A stretch of DNA of 64,000 bases from IMG/VR virus record IMGVR_UViG_3300017791_000077, positions 6,058 through 70,057 of that record. The stretch is one strand, 5' to 3'. Shown here in pieces: positions 1 to 8,700 of this stretch. How positions within the stretch are numbered: position 1 is the stretch's first letter; each line of letters opens with the position of its first letter. Both the position numbers and the translations under genes were made by a program. Below the pieces are notes generated by a model. That model ran no database searches, was not told the DNA's origin, and was given only the letters and a program-made list of their open reading frames with translations. Source of the stretch: a virus (lineage: Duplodnaviria > Caudoviricetes).

Positions 1-483
1 CACGGCGGCAACGTGCATCGCCACGGCTGGCCGACAGAGGATCGGGACTGGTCGCTTGATACGTCGAAAACGATTCAGGAACTCGACATCGAGAGGCGTG
101 AGCGAGAGCAGAAGCCACGCGAGCCGATCTGCTGTCCGAAGTGTGGCGCCATGCGGGACTGCGGGCCGAAATGCACGAATTGCGGACACGAGCATAAGCG
201 CACGGGACTCAAGGTCCGAATGTCGGACGGCACACTCGCCGAGATCAAGCGGAGCAAGCCCAAGCGGCAAGTGAGCGACAGGCAGAAGACGTGGATGAGC
301 ATTCTGGCGGCCTGCGCCTACCGCAATCTGCCGTGCTCCTCCGCGACGGCGATTTACCATCGGCAGTTCAACGAGTGGCCAGATAAGGATGGAGTTTCGC
401 CGATCCCGCCGTGGGAGAAGCGTGGGCTGCTCGTGCGGAATGTGTATCCCAATTTCATCAGACCCAGGAAGGCAAAAGCATGA
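1..483 (+). CDS. Superfamily II helicase, C-terminal part with Zn finger (5'-truncated by window)
   Basis: Frame open from base 1: HGGNVHRHG motif followed by CPKCG..CTNCG, typical of YejH-like phage helicases. Confidence 0.7.
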   Translation, partial: HGGNVHRHGWPTEDRDWSLDTSKTIQELDIERREREQKPREPICCPKCGAMRDCGPKCTNCGHEHKRTGLKVRMSDGTLAEIKRSKPKRQVSDRQKTWMSILAACAYRNLPCSSATAIYHRQFNEWPDKDGVSPIPPWEKRGLLVRNVYPNFIRPRKAKA

Positions 484-668
484 CTGCGACCCTGCGTCCC
501 AGTGACATTGCGACGGTCCCACCGATCGCCAAAGCCAACGAAATGGAAGAGGCTGCCACGCTGCTGAAGCGCTGGCGCAAGGCTCTCGATGAGGGGCCGC
601 TGTCTGTGGAGTGGAAGAAGTGGCTGCTCAATTCGCTTCTGGCGGGGCTGGAGCCGGAGTCCGAATAA
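480..668 (+). CDS. Hypothetical protein
   Basis: ATGA overlap with upstream stop; 62 aa. Confidence 0.6.
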   Translation: MTATLRPSDIATVPPIAKANEMEEAATLLKRWRKALDEGPLSVEWKKWLLNSLLAGLEPESE

Positions 669-919
669 TGTGCCAGCAGTGCGTTGATGCCTGTCGCCGA
701 CACTTCCCGGAAATATCGGATCAAGAGATTGGCAATTTCCTTTTTGGATTCACGGCATTCCCGTTTGCCGACCCTGAGCATTTGGAAAAGCAACTTGCAG
801 CGATGGCGAGGCGGCGCGACCGTGGAGAAATGATTACCGACGATCCTGAATTCGACGTGATCGCCGACGACGAAGCTGTGTCGGAGCTTGAGAAACTGAA
901 AACGGATGATTGGTCATGA
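668..919 (+). CDS. Hypothetical protein
   Basis: TAATG coupling; MCQQCVDAC start. Confidence 0.6.
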   Translation: MCQQCVDACRRHFPEISDQEIGNFLFGFTAFPFADPEHLEKQLAAMARRRDRGEMITDDPEFDVIADDEAVSELEKLKTDDWS

Positions 920-1236
920 ACATCGTCGAATGCCATCCCCGCGGCTGCAACATCGCGCATCCAGAACCAGACGAGCGGCTGCACCTCGTGACGCACGACT
1001 TCGACCTCAATGCGCTCTGCGGCGCGGAGGTGGCGCGGCTATGCCGGTTCATCAGGTTCACGGAGTTCGGGAGGCCGACGAGTGAGTTCGAGTGGTGTCC
1101 TGAGTGCGCTGAGAAGCTGGCGTACAGGGGAGTCGGGCAGAGCGAGTACAGCAGGATTCGGTGGCAGAGGGTGCTTGAGAAACGAAAGGCGACCGCTTGC
1201 CATGCCCGACACGAACGGAATCGCAGATCTCAATGA
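916..1236 (+). CDS. Hypothetical protein, Cys/His-rich
   Basis: ATGA coupling; CPEC motif. Confidence 0.6.
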   Translation: MNIVECHPRGCNIAHPEPDERLHLVTHDFDLNALCGAEVARLCRFIRFTEFGRPTSEFEWCPECAEKLAYRGVGQSEYSRIRWQRVLEKRKATACHARHERNRRSQ

Positions 1237-1444
1237 GTTCTTTCGACGCCACGGATGGCCGAAGACTCGCGAAGAATTCATCCGTGCGAAAGAGGCCGTC
1301 GAGTCAGCGGAAGTGAAAGCAAATCACGAGCGGCGGTGCTTTGAGTTGCGGCTGCACCTCAAGGCGGCAGACGCGATGCTGAAGGCTGGGAGGTTTGACG
1401 AGGCGGTGGCACGAGTGCGGCAGGCGATAGGAGGGGAGAAATGA
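1202..1444 (+). CDS. Hypothetical protein
   Basis: ORF with helical, charged composition, coupled to next gene. Confidence 0.55.
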   Translation: MPDTNGIADLNEFFRRHGWPKTREEFIRAKEAVESAEVKANHERRCFELRLHLKAADAMLKAGRFDEAVARVRQAIGGEK

Positions 1445-1681
1445 GCGAAAAAGTCAACGAGTTAAAACGCATCTACGGCCTACTGAAAAATCCGAAGTCT
1501 GCTGACGATGCAACTGAGTCCAGCCGCGCATATACGCGAGGATGGCTTGAGGGACGCGCTTTTGAGATCACTACCGACATGGATCAGCATCCAGAATTCT
1601 GGGAAGGCCGTCCATGCAACTGCTACGAATGCCAGGACGCCGTGGCCGATTACACCGGATGACGCGGCGGCAGGCGATAGG
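1417..1681 (+). repeat. 15-bp direct repeat GCGGCAGGCGATAGG flanking gene 1441-1662
   Basis: Exact copies at 1417-1431 and 1667-1681. Confidence 0.85.
1441..1662 (+). CDS. Hypothetical protein
   Basis: RBS GGAGGGGAG, ATGA overlap; C-terminal CNCYEC. Confidence 0.7.
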   Translation: MSEKVNELKRIYGLLKNPKSADDATESSRAYTRGWLEGRAFEITTDMDQHPEFWEGRPCNCYECQDAVADYTG

Positions 1682-1712
1682 GACACAAACACAGTAATAA
1701 GGGGAAATCAAC

Positions 1713-2006
1713 ATGACGCCGGACGAGAGAAAAGCTGAACTTGAGCGATGCCGCCTGCCAGTGACGAACACGCCCGCGCCAAAGATCTTTCTGGACGCAC
1801 TGGATACCGCCTGCGAGTCGTTTTGCGACACAGAAGAACGATGGCGAATTGCGGCGCGCGTAACCGGAAAGCACACAGCCCCGAGCCAATGGGTTTGGTG
1901 GTATGCCGATGCGCGAAGATTCGATTCGGATACGCACGACGAGAAGTTCCGCGGATTGATGGGCGCCGTGAACGGCTGCTGCGCGTGCCAGCTCAACACG
2001 ACATGA
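1713..2006 (+). CDS. Hypothetical protein
   Basis: RBS AAGGGG; 97 aa. Confidence 0.6.
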   Translation: MTPDERKAELERCRLPVTNTPAPKIFLDALDTACESFCDTEERWRIAARVTGKHTAPSQWVWWYADARRFDSDTHDEKFRGLMGAVNGCCACQLNTT

Positions 2007-2221
2007 TCACCGACGACGACCGGAAAGCCTATGACGCCGCGTTTGCCGCGGCCGTGGCGGCGTGGCGCGGGGAAGGCTCGCCGGACTTTTTGACAGCCTG
2101 CCATTTCTTCGGGCTCGGTTGCGCCGCCGGTGCCGAAATGATGAACCAAAAGCTGAATGGAATGGTCGATCGCGCTGGGCCGCCGGCCAGAATCACCCTC
2201 CATGGCCCCGGCAAAGAATGA
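2003..2221 (+). CDS. Hypothetical protein
   Basis: ATGA coupling; MITDDDRKAY. Confidence 0.6.
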   Translation: MITDDDRKAYDAAFAAAVAAWRGEGSPDFLTACHFFGLGCAAGAEMMNQKLNGMVDRAGPPARITLHGPGKE

Positions 2222-2237
2222 GAAAGAGTCAGCGCGC

Positions 2238-2558
2238 ATGTCAGTGACGAAAGCAGCAGAGCACGCTTTGGAATTCGTCAGGCGCCGCCCCAAGTGGAAG
2301 CGCATCTGTGACATGCGGGATGGCGAATCTGACGCGCTCTATTTTGATTTCGCCAGTCTGCCGAAATCCGAGCAGCGTCTGTGGGGAAGCGAAGAGGCGT
2401 GGCGCGAGTTAGCGATTCGGCCCTGCCGCGTCGACTTCGGTTTTGTGGATGAGCTTGGCGGATTTCACCGGCGCCGGCTGCCGCCTTCGCCGCTCAATCT
2501 GATGATGGTTTTCATGGTCGCCGGCCGGCGCGGCCGGTTCAACTTCGAAGGCCGTTGA
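2238..2558 (+). CDS. Hypothetical protein
   Basis: MSVTKAAEH start; globular composition. Confidence 0.6.
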   Translation: MSVTKAAEHALEFVRRRPKWKRICDMRDGESDALYFDFASLPKSEQRLWGSEEAWRELAIRPCRVDFGFVDELGGFHRRRLPPSPLNLMMVFMVAGRRGRFNFEGR

Positions 2559-2574
2559 GGGGAAATCAGCGCAG

Positions 2575-2697
2575 ATGAAACAGGTCACGCGAACGTGCAA
2601 ATCGTGCAAGGGCGCAGGCGGGAAACTGCTTCACGGTGCATGGGGCAGGCCGTCGATCTGCCAGAAATGCAAAGGCAAAGGAACGATACGGAAATAA
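2575..2697 (+). CDS. 40-aa DnaJ-type zinc-finger mini-protein (not in ORF track)
   Basis: MKQVTRTCKSCKGAG...CQKCKGKG: two CxxCxGxG motifs; RBS GAGGGG. Confidence 0.65.
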   Translation: MKQVTRTCKSCKGAGGKLLHGAWGRPSICQKCKGKGTIRK

Positions 2698-2851
2698 CAC
2701 AACCGGGTGGATGCGTGAGGAAACGTATAGGGATAGGGTAGCGCTGCTCGACGTGTCGCGCTGACACCTGCCCTGACCAGCGAATTGGCGGGAGCGCGAG
2801 AAATTCCCAGGCTCTGCACCCGCCCGGTATCTAACTGAGGATCAACACGAC

Positions 2852-3796
2852 ATGGGACGAGAACTTAAACGGGTGTCGATGGGATTCATGTGGCCGCTGG
2901 GCAAGACATGGGAAGGCTACGTCAATCCGTGGTATCGCTTTCGATTCGACTGCCCGACCTGCGGAGGAACCGGGTGTTCGCCGGAGGCGAATCGGTTCAA
3001 GGATGAGTGGTATGGAAATGTGGAGTTCGATCCTGTCGCCTATGGATCATCCCCCGTGCTGACAATCGACAGCCCGATTCTGCGCGACAGTATCGTCCAA
3101 AAACTGAAGCGTTCCGCAGAAGTCGCAAAGGCGGACGGCAAGCCGGATTACTGGACGGAAGGCGGACGCATTCCGTTTGATTCGGCCGTGGAGCGTGAGA
3201 TTAGGCGCATGTTCGCGCATCAGAGAATTCAGTGGATGCACCAGTTGTCCCAGCCGGACGTTGACGCCCTCGTGGCAGCGAATCGGCTCGTCGATCTAAC
3301 GCACGATTGCATTCAGGGAAAGGGCTGGGTCAAGCGCGAACCGTTCGTAGTTCCCACCGCCGAAGCCGTTAACGCTTGGAGCTTCTTCGGAATGGGGCAT
3401 GACTCGGTAAATCAGTGGGTCTGCGTCGAGGCCCGCTGCGAACGATTAGGGGTGGGGCACACATGCGTTCGCTGCGACGGCAATGGTGATTTCTGGGAGC
3501 CAGAGGAGATGAAAGATAAAGCCGGGAATTGGGAGCGAATCGAACCGCCCGAAGGCGACGGCTGGCAGCTTTGGCAAACGACCAGCGAGGGCGGCCCGAT
3601 AAGCCCGGTGTTCAGCACGCCGAAAGAACTTGCGGATTGGTGCGCTCCGAATGCCACCGTTTTTGGCAGCGAGAAAACGACGCGCGAAAACTGGCTCAAG
3701 ATGTTTGAGACGGAATCGGGAGTTGAGGCGGGATCGTTTTTCATCCGCCATGGCGAATATGTCGGAACGGTTATCAACGGGCCCGACGCGCGCTGA
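2852..3796 (+). CDS. Conserved phage protein with DnaJ-type Zn-finger motifs
   Basis: RBS GAGGA; MGRELKRV..F.WP..K.W.GY.NP N-terminus, CPTCGGTG, CVRCDGNG, WQLWQTTSEGGPISPVF. Confidence 0.85.
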   Translation: MGRELKRVSMGFMWPLGKTWEGYVNPWYRFRFDCPTCGGTGCSPEANRFKDEWYGNVEFDPVAYGSSPVLTIDSPILRDSIVQKLKRSAEVAKADGKPDYWTEGGRIPFDSAVEREIRRMFAHQRIQWMHQLSQPDVDALVAANRLVDLTHDCIQGKGWVKREPFVVPTAEAVNAWSFFGMGHDSVNQWVCVEARCERLGVGHTCVRCDGNGDFWEPEEMKDKAGNWERIEPPEGDGWQLWQTTSEGGPISPVFSTPKELADWCAPNATVFGSEKTTRENWLKMFETESGVEAGSFFIRHGEYVGTVINGPDAR

Positions 3797-3829
3797 CAAG
3801 GAATCAACACCACATGAAGCGCGGCACGA

Positions 3830-4438
3830 ATGAAAGGAGATGAGGGAATGAAAATCGACATGATGCCGTTCTGTGACCCTGATTCGACGTATTACGGAAT
3901 CAATAGGCCGTGGCGAATCGGCGACATGCTATTTGCAACCGACACGCGGCTTGCGGTTGCCTGTGCGCCGGAGCTTTACGGCGGAGAAATCGCCGACGCT
4001 AAAGATGAGCGCAGGAGGCCGAAGGTAAACGAAGTTCTTGAGCCGGCGCTTTCGATTCAGAAATGGAACGATATGCCGTTCGTCAAGGAGTGCCGCGCCT
4101 GCGGTAGCACTGGTCGCGTGAAGGTGACATGCTCCGAATGCTTCGGAAGCGGGACCGTCACGTGCAACATGGAGCACGAGCATGATTGCGATATGTGCGA
4201 CGAAGAGGGGGAAGAGATTTCAGACTGCAAGCACTGCCCCCCCGAGTTTGGAGTCGGAAATAGGAAGATTGCGTCGTGGATTCTCAGGAGAATCTTGCGC
4301 CTGCCGAACGTCAAATGGGCCGTAACGACTGACGACTGCAATCAGATTGTGTTCGTGAAATTCGATGGCGGATATGGCGCGATGATGCCGATCCAGCAGG
4401 AGGTTCGAGAGAAGATTAAGTCGGGGGCGTGTCGATGA
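3830..4438 (+). CDS. Beta-clamp-like fragment with inserted DnaJ-type Zn finger (tentative)
   Basis: FATDTRLAV resembles DnaN ATDGHRLA; C-terminal GGYGAMMP; CRACGSTG, CSECFGSG, CDMC, CKHC. Confidence 0.55.
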   Translation: MKGDEGMKIDMMPFCDPDSTYYGINRPWRIGDMLFATDTRLAVACAPELYGGEIADAKDERRRPKVNEVLEPALSIQKWNDMPFVKECRACGSTGRVKVTCSECFGSGTVTCNMEHEHDCDMCDEEGEEISDCKHCPPEFGVGNRKIASWILRRILRLPNVKWAVTTDDCNQIVFVKFDGGYGAMMPIQQEVREKIKSGACR

Positions 4439-4704
4439 AGCGCACCACGCCACTCCGTCGAACGCGGCTCAAACGCCGGAGAGCGACCCCGCGAGCCTGC
4501 AACTGCTTGCCACAGGCCCAGGAGGCATTGAGCCAACATAACACGAAGATAGTCACGCATTTCCTGATGAGCTTCGCGACTGGTAAGGGCCGGATGAGCA
4601 ATCCTTCAGTCGCCACGGAAAAGATCAACTCGAAATCGCGGATACGGCCGAAAGTTGTGTTCTGTAGCTACTGTCCGTTCTGCGGAAAGAAGTACCCCGA
4701 ATGA
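4435..4704 (+). CDS. Hypothetical protein, basic N-terminus, CNC...CPFCG Zn site
   Basis: ORF coupled on both sides. Confidence 0.7.
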   Translation: MKRTTPLRRTRLKRRRATPRACNCLPQAQEALSQHNTKIVTHFLMSFATGKGRMSNPSVATEKINSKSRIRPKVVFCSYCPFCGKKYPE

Positions 4705-4746
4705 AACGCACCGCACCGCGCCGCAAGAGACGGACCCCGCGAGCCT
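4485..4746 (+). repeat. 14-bp direct repeat GACCCCGCGAGCCT in the 5' ends of two consecutive genes
   Basis: Copies at 4485-4498 and 4733-4746; both proteins start MKRT.P.R..R..TPRA. Confidence 0.85.
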
Positions 4747-5171
4747 ACGTCGATGAGGGGTTGCGCTGGGCTTATCGTGAGATGAACCCTGAAGACGAAT
4801 GGGCGGCTGTCCTGAATTTCTCTCCGGCGATGACGCGGGACCACTGGATGCTGGAGCAAGTCCATCACCTGTTTACCAACCCGCGCCGCGACCTGTGGTC
4901 AAACTTCATCACGCTATCGGCAGAATCGCACGCATGGGCACACGCGCACCTGGACGAAAGCCGCGTCCTGTCGCTGCTGGTAAAGCTCCGTAAAGACGAA
5001 CTCGACCTCGCAGAAATGAACCTCTGCCGGGGCATCACACGCGAGGGCCACACGCTCCGGGACTGGGTTGAATCATTGGATTTCAGGGGACCGAAGGCGT
5101 GGATGCTGAGGTATCGGGACGAGACGCTTTGTCGGTTGAAGGGATTGGAGGAGGAGCTTGGCGCTGTCTGA
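4701..5171 (+). CDS. HNH-like protein (lacking the Zn cysteines)
   Basis: VHHL...NFITLSAESHAWAH resembles HNH HH...NLxxLCxxCH. Confidence 0.5.
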   Translation: MKRTAPRRKRRTPRAYVDEGLRWAYREMNPEDEWAAVLNFSPAMTRDHWMLEQVHHLFTNPRRDLWSNFITLSAESHAWAHAHLDESRVLSLLVKLRKDELDLAEMNLCRGITREGHTLRDWVESLDFRGPKAWMLRYRDETLCRLKGLEEELGAV

Positions 5172-5532
5172 ATTGCCGACGTGCGGATCGCTCTACAAGA
5201 AAGCCATCGAGGCGTGCCCCGATTCGTTCCATGCCGGCTTCATGTGTGGGCAGGCAGAGAAGGTCTACTCGGGGGCGTGCGCGGCGTTTATGACGAAGCC
5301 GCCGCAAGAGGAGCAGGAAGAGGCGATGCAGATTGCCGAGCAACTAGCGGCGATTTACGGGCTTTGGAGACGGAGACACGACCGCGAAATTTGGCTGTTC
5401 ATGCCGAGCGCCGTTGTCGAGGTTGAAGAGATGATGAAGCTCGAAATTAATTCGACAGAATATCACCGACGCAGGGCAATCCTCTGCGGAATTAAAGACA
5501 TCGACGAAAGGTTCCATGAGCGATTCAAATGA
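5158..5532 (+). CDS. Hypothetical protein
   Basis: RBS GGAGGAGGAG; 124 aa. Confidence 0.7.
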   Translation: MALSELPTCGSLYKKAIEACPDSFHAGFMCGQAEKVYSGACAAFMTKPPQEEQEEAMQIAEQLAAIYGLWRRRHDREIWLFMPSAVVEVEEMMKLEINSTEYHRRRAILCGIKDIDERFHERFK

Positions 5533-6532
5533 ACCAGTCCACATCATCAGTCTCGGGGCCGGCGTCCAGAGCAGCACAATGGCGCTCATGGCGGCTGCTG
5601 GAGAGATTCAGCCAATGCCTGTCGCGGCAATCTTCGCGGACACCCAGGCCGAGCCAGAGAGCGTCTATCGGTGGCTGGACTGGCTCGAAGATCAATTGCC
5701 GTTCCCGGTGCATCGCGTGACGAAAGGAAATTTGAGTGCCGATTCTATAGTGATGAAGGTCTCAAAAGACGGACGCAGCTACATCAAAACAACCCTGCCA
5801 TACTTCACGCTTTCCGATGGAGGAGAACAGGGAAAGGTTCAGCATCGCAGTTGCACAGCAGACTACAAAATCGAACCCATAATCAAGACCGTCCGTAGGA
5901 TTGTAAATCCACGACTTGGCGTCTGGCGCAGGAAGCATCGCGGCGCGCTAAAGCAGCTTTACGCATGGAAAATTGCCAAAAACAAACCGCCATATCCGCA
6001 CGATGCTTGGCGGGAGTGTCAGTCCGATGCACTCGTTATTCAGTGGATCGGCATTTCACTCGACGAGTCGCGCCGAATGAAGGAAAGCCGCGAGCCGTGG
6101 GCAAAGCACCACTGGCCGCTAATTGACGAGCGAATGAACCGCCGGCAGTGCCTCGAATGGATGAAGGAGCACGGATTCCCGGAGCCACCGCGTTCGGCGT
6201 GTGTATTCTGCCCGTTCCACGACAATAAGGAATGGCGTCGATTGCAGACTGAGGAGCCGCAGGAATTCGAGAAGGCCGTGCAGTTCGAGAAGGCCGTGCA
6301 GTTCGAGAAGGCCGTGCAGTTCGAGAAGGCGCACACGGATAACTTCGCCAGCACGCCGTTCCTGCACCGCTCCTGTAAGCCGCTCGACACAATCGACTTC
6401 CGCAGCGACATCGAGCGCGGCCAGAAGGTTTTGAGGGAGCGGCATGAGCACGAGACGAAAAATCCTCGATTACTGGACCGAAGTGAAGCGCGTCGTGGGC
6501 GATCAGGTGAAGGTCACGACCTGCTGCTGTAA
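5516..6532 (+). CDS. PAPS-reductase-like (adenine nucleotide alpha-hydrolase family) protein
   Basis: ISLGAGVQSS PP-loop, FADT, CTADYKIEPI, WIGIS.DE..R, WPLI, RSACVFCPF. Confidence 0.85.
   Translation: MSDSNEPVHIISLGAGVQSSTMALMAAAGEIQPMPVAAIFADTQAEPESVYRWLDWLEDQLPFPVHRVTKGNLSADSIVMKVSKDGRSYIKTTLPYFTLSDGGEQGKVQHRSCTADYKIEPIIKTVRRIVNPRLGVWRRKHRGALKQLYAWKIAKNKPPYPHDAWRECQSDALVIQWIGISLDESRRMKESREPWAKHHWPLIDERMNRRQCLEWMKEHGFPEPPRSACVFCPFHDNKEWRRLQTEEPQEFEKAVQFEKAVQFEKAVQFEKAHTDNFASTPFLHRSCKPLDTIDFRSDIERGQKVLRERHEHETKNPRLLDRSEARRGRSGEGHDLLL
6266..6330 (+). repeat. 18-bp tandem repeat TTCGAGAAGGCCGTGCAG (about 3.6 copies; FEKAVQ)
   Basis: Perfect in-frame tandem copies. Confidence 0.95.
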
Positions 6533-6620
6533 GCGGCCGGGGGAATCGGCGCGTGATTGCTCGCTCGTCTCCGGGAACAAGACGCGGTGTCGGTGTAACT
6601 GCCACAGGAAGAAAGCATGA
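6444..6620 (+). CDS. 58-aa Cys-rich protein (not in ORF track)
   Basis: RBS GAGGGAG; MSTRRKILDYW...CCC...C...CRCNCH; ATGA overlap with rusA. Confidence 0.65.
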   Translation: MSTRRKILDYWTEVKRVVGDQVKVTTCCCKRPGESARDCSLVSGNKTRCRCNCHRKKA

Positions 6621-7102
6621 TCCGATTTGATGTCCCAGGCCGGCCCCAGCCCCGCGGCAGCAAGCGAGCCTTTCTCCTGAAGACCGGACGGACCATCGTG
6701 ACGGACGATAACCCGAAGTCGAAGTCGTGGATGGAAGTAATCCAGGTGACGGCGCTGAACGCGATGAATGAGGACGGTCGCGGCACTTGGAGGGCGAAGC
6801 TCTTGGACGGCCCGATCCGCCTCGAAGTGGCGTTTTATTTCGCGCGTCCGAAGGGGCATTTCGGGAAGCGCGGATTGAAGCCGAGCGCCCCGGTTCATCA
6901 CACGACGCGGCCCGACACGACGAAGCTCCTGCGCGGGCTGGAGGACGCACTGAAGGGCATCTGCTGGCGAGACGATTCGCAGGTGTGTTCGCAGACAGCC
7001 ACGAAGGAATACGGCGATTACAATCATTCTGTGGTGACGATTGTGGAGTTGCCGGAGATTGGTTTGCGTGACGGGGCGGTCGAGCTTGAGGAGCAGGCGT
7101 GA
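6617..7102 (+). CDS. rusA: RusA-family Holliday junction resolvase
   Basis: VPG.PQPRGSK; RPDTTKLLRGLEDALKGICWRDDSQV. Confidence 0.93.
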   Translation: MIRFDVPGRPQPRGSKRAFLLKTGRTIVTDDNPKSKSWMEVIQVTALNAMNEDGRGTWRAKLLDGPIRLEVAFYFARPKGHFGKRGLKPSAPVHHTTRPDTTKLLRGLEDALKGICWRDDSQVCSQTATKEYGDYNHSVVTIVELPEIGLRDGAVELEEQA

Positions 7103-7463
7103 AAAAACGATGGTGGGTTGTTTGTGATTGGGGAGATTGCCGCGACTCACACGGTCCATACTCGTATTGCGGCGCGATTTGGAATTCCGTGAAGCTGAAG
7201 ACGGCCCTGTTCTTCGACGACGTTCTTATTTGGATTGAGAGAGATTGAAACAGCAGAAACGCATCAAATTCCCTCCACCTCCCGAAGTGCCGTGGGACGT
7301 ATTCATCCTCGCTCTGGCGCAGGCGCACGACCGGGGGATGAACGAATCAGAAAAGAGCGCCAGAGCCAAGGCGCGGCGACAAGCGAAGAAACGACAGGCA
7401 ACCCACAAGGCGTCGTGACGACCGTGGGACACCGAAGCAGAAGAGACCGAAGAAAGCGAAACC

Positions 7464-7835
7464 ATGAAAACGATAAGAATTCTATGCGAACATGGATGGC
7501 GTGAACGGCCAGCAATCCCGATCGAAGGAACTCCGTTTGCGCTCGTTCCCGAGTTCAACGAAAGGTTCAGTATTACGCATGTTCCCTCTGGGCGGGCGCT
7601 GTTCCCAGAAGTGTTTGACACAGAGGAATTCGTGACTGAGAGCGATGGGCGGCGCGTCGTAGCGGCGGTGATGAAGATAATCCCTCAGAAGGCACTAAAG
7701 GCAAAGGACGATAAGGGATTTTCAAAGCACGCTCCGCGAGGGTGTCGGGACTGGCTCGAAAAGATCGTGCTGACAGGAAAGTACGTCGCGCCGCGGTTCC
7801 TGGCGAGACCGAAGAAAGCGAGGAAGCGGCGATGA
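7464..7835 (+). CDS. Hypothetical protein
   Basis: 123-aa ORF; SITHVPSG motif seen in many phage proteins. Confidence 0.7.
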   Translation: MKTIRILCEHGWRERPAIPIEGTPFALVPEFNERFSITHVPSGRALFPEVFDTEEFVTESDGRRVVAAVMKIIPQKALKAKDDKGFSKHAPRGCRDWLEKIVLTGKYVAPRFLARPKKARKRR

Positions 7836-8431
7836 GCGATGAATGGAGACGCGCGATACCGATGCCGCTGCCCGAAGAGAATCAGCAAGTCGAGTGGGAT
7901 TACGGCAACGGCAAGGTCGAGCGCGGGACATTCTCTAAAAGCTGGTTCCATTACGAGAACGGCACGGCGTCCTGCCACTACTCAAATGTGCGCGGCTGGC
8001 GTCCGCTGCCGCATCCGAAAGCCGAGCTGCCGGAGTTCGTGAAAGCGCAGGTCGTTGATGAACGGTTCGGAGACAAGGGATTCGTCTATGTCCGCGACCT
8101 TCTCGCCATGTTCGACACCACCAAAATCCCTCACCTCGCGGTAGTCGAGAAGCCTCCCGAAGAAGACGAACTTCCGAAATACAAGGAGCATCTGCGGGCG
8201 CTCGCGGAGGAACTTAATGCGAAGCTGAAAGAATTGAACGCTGTTCGGGCGCAACTGAAAGCCGAGAGAGAGCACGTGAAATCGCGGCTGATGATATGCG
8301 GCGAGAATGTGGCGAAATGGGCCGCAACAGTGAACGCGCCTGCGACTCAGCTCGTCATTGACGATTGGGAAAAAGCGAAACATGAATACCGCGCTCTCAC
8401 CCAGTCGTCCGATGCCCAGGAGACACAATGA
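7832..8431 (+). CDS. Hypothetical protein with C-terminal coiled coil
   Basis: ATGA coupling; heptad-rich C-terminus. Confidence 0.65.
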   Translation: MSDEWRRAIPMPLPEENQQVEWDYGNGKVERGTFSKSWFHYENGTASCHYSNVRGWRPLPHPKAELPEFVKAQVVDERFGDKGFVYVRDLLAMFDTTKIPHLAVVEKPPEEDELPKYKEHLRALAEELNAKLKELNAVRAQLKAEREHVKSRLMICGENVAKWAATVNAPATQLVIDDWEKAKHEYRALTQSSDAQETQ

Positions 8432-8700
8432 AGGTAATTGCAAAAGCACACAAGGGAAAGCCACACGCCCTTGAACTCATTCGAGAAGAGGACGGCGTTT
8501 CTATCGTGACCGGCAGCGATGAAAAGCATTCCATAGGCTATCCGACTCGGGACATTTTCGTTTACGACGATGCGACGTTCAGAGCGCTCGGGCTCGCCTA
8601 TGAGTCTGGCGATCCAGAATATATCCGCGCGGCTTGGGGAAAAGCGCAACGATTCATTTTTAGAAAGGCGGCTGCCCAGGAGAACGCCGATGCCCGCTGA
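8428..8700 (+). CDS. Hypothetical protein
   Basis: RBS AGGAGA; 90 aa. Confidence 0.7.
   Translation: MKVIAKAHKGKPHALELIREEDGVSIVTGSDEKHSIGYPTRDIFVYDDATFRALGLAYESGDPEYIRAAWGKAQRFIFRKAAAQENADAR

Noticed and set aside
6036-7328. 430-aa minus-strand ORF
   Set aside because: Antisense to the PAPS-reductase-like gene and rusA; low-complexity Arg/Ser/Pro
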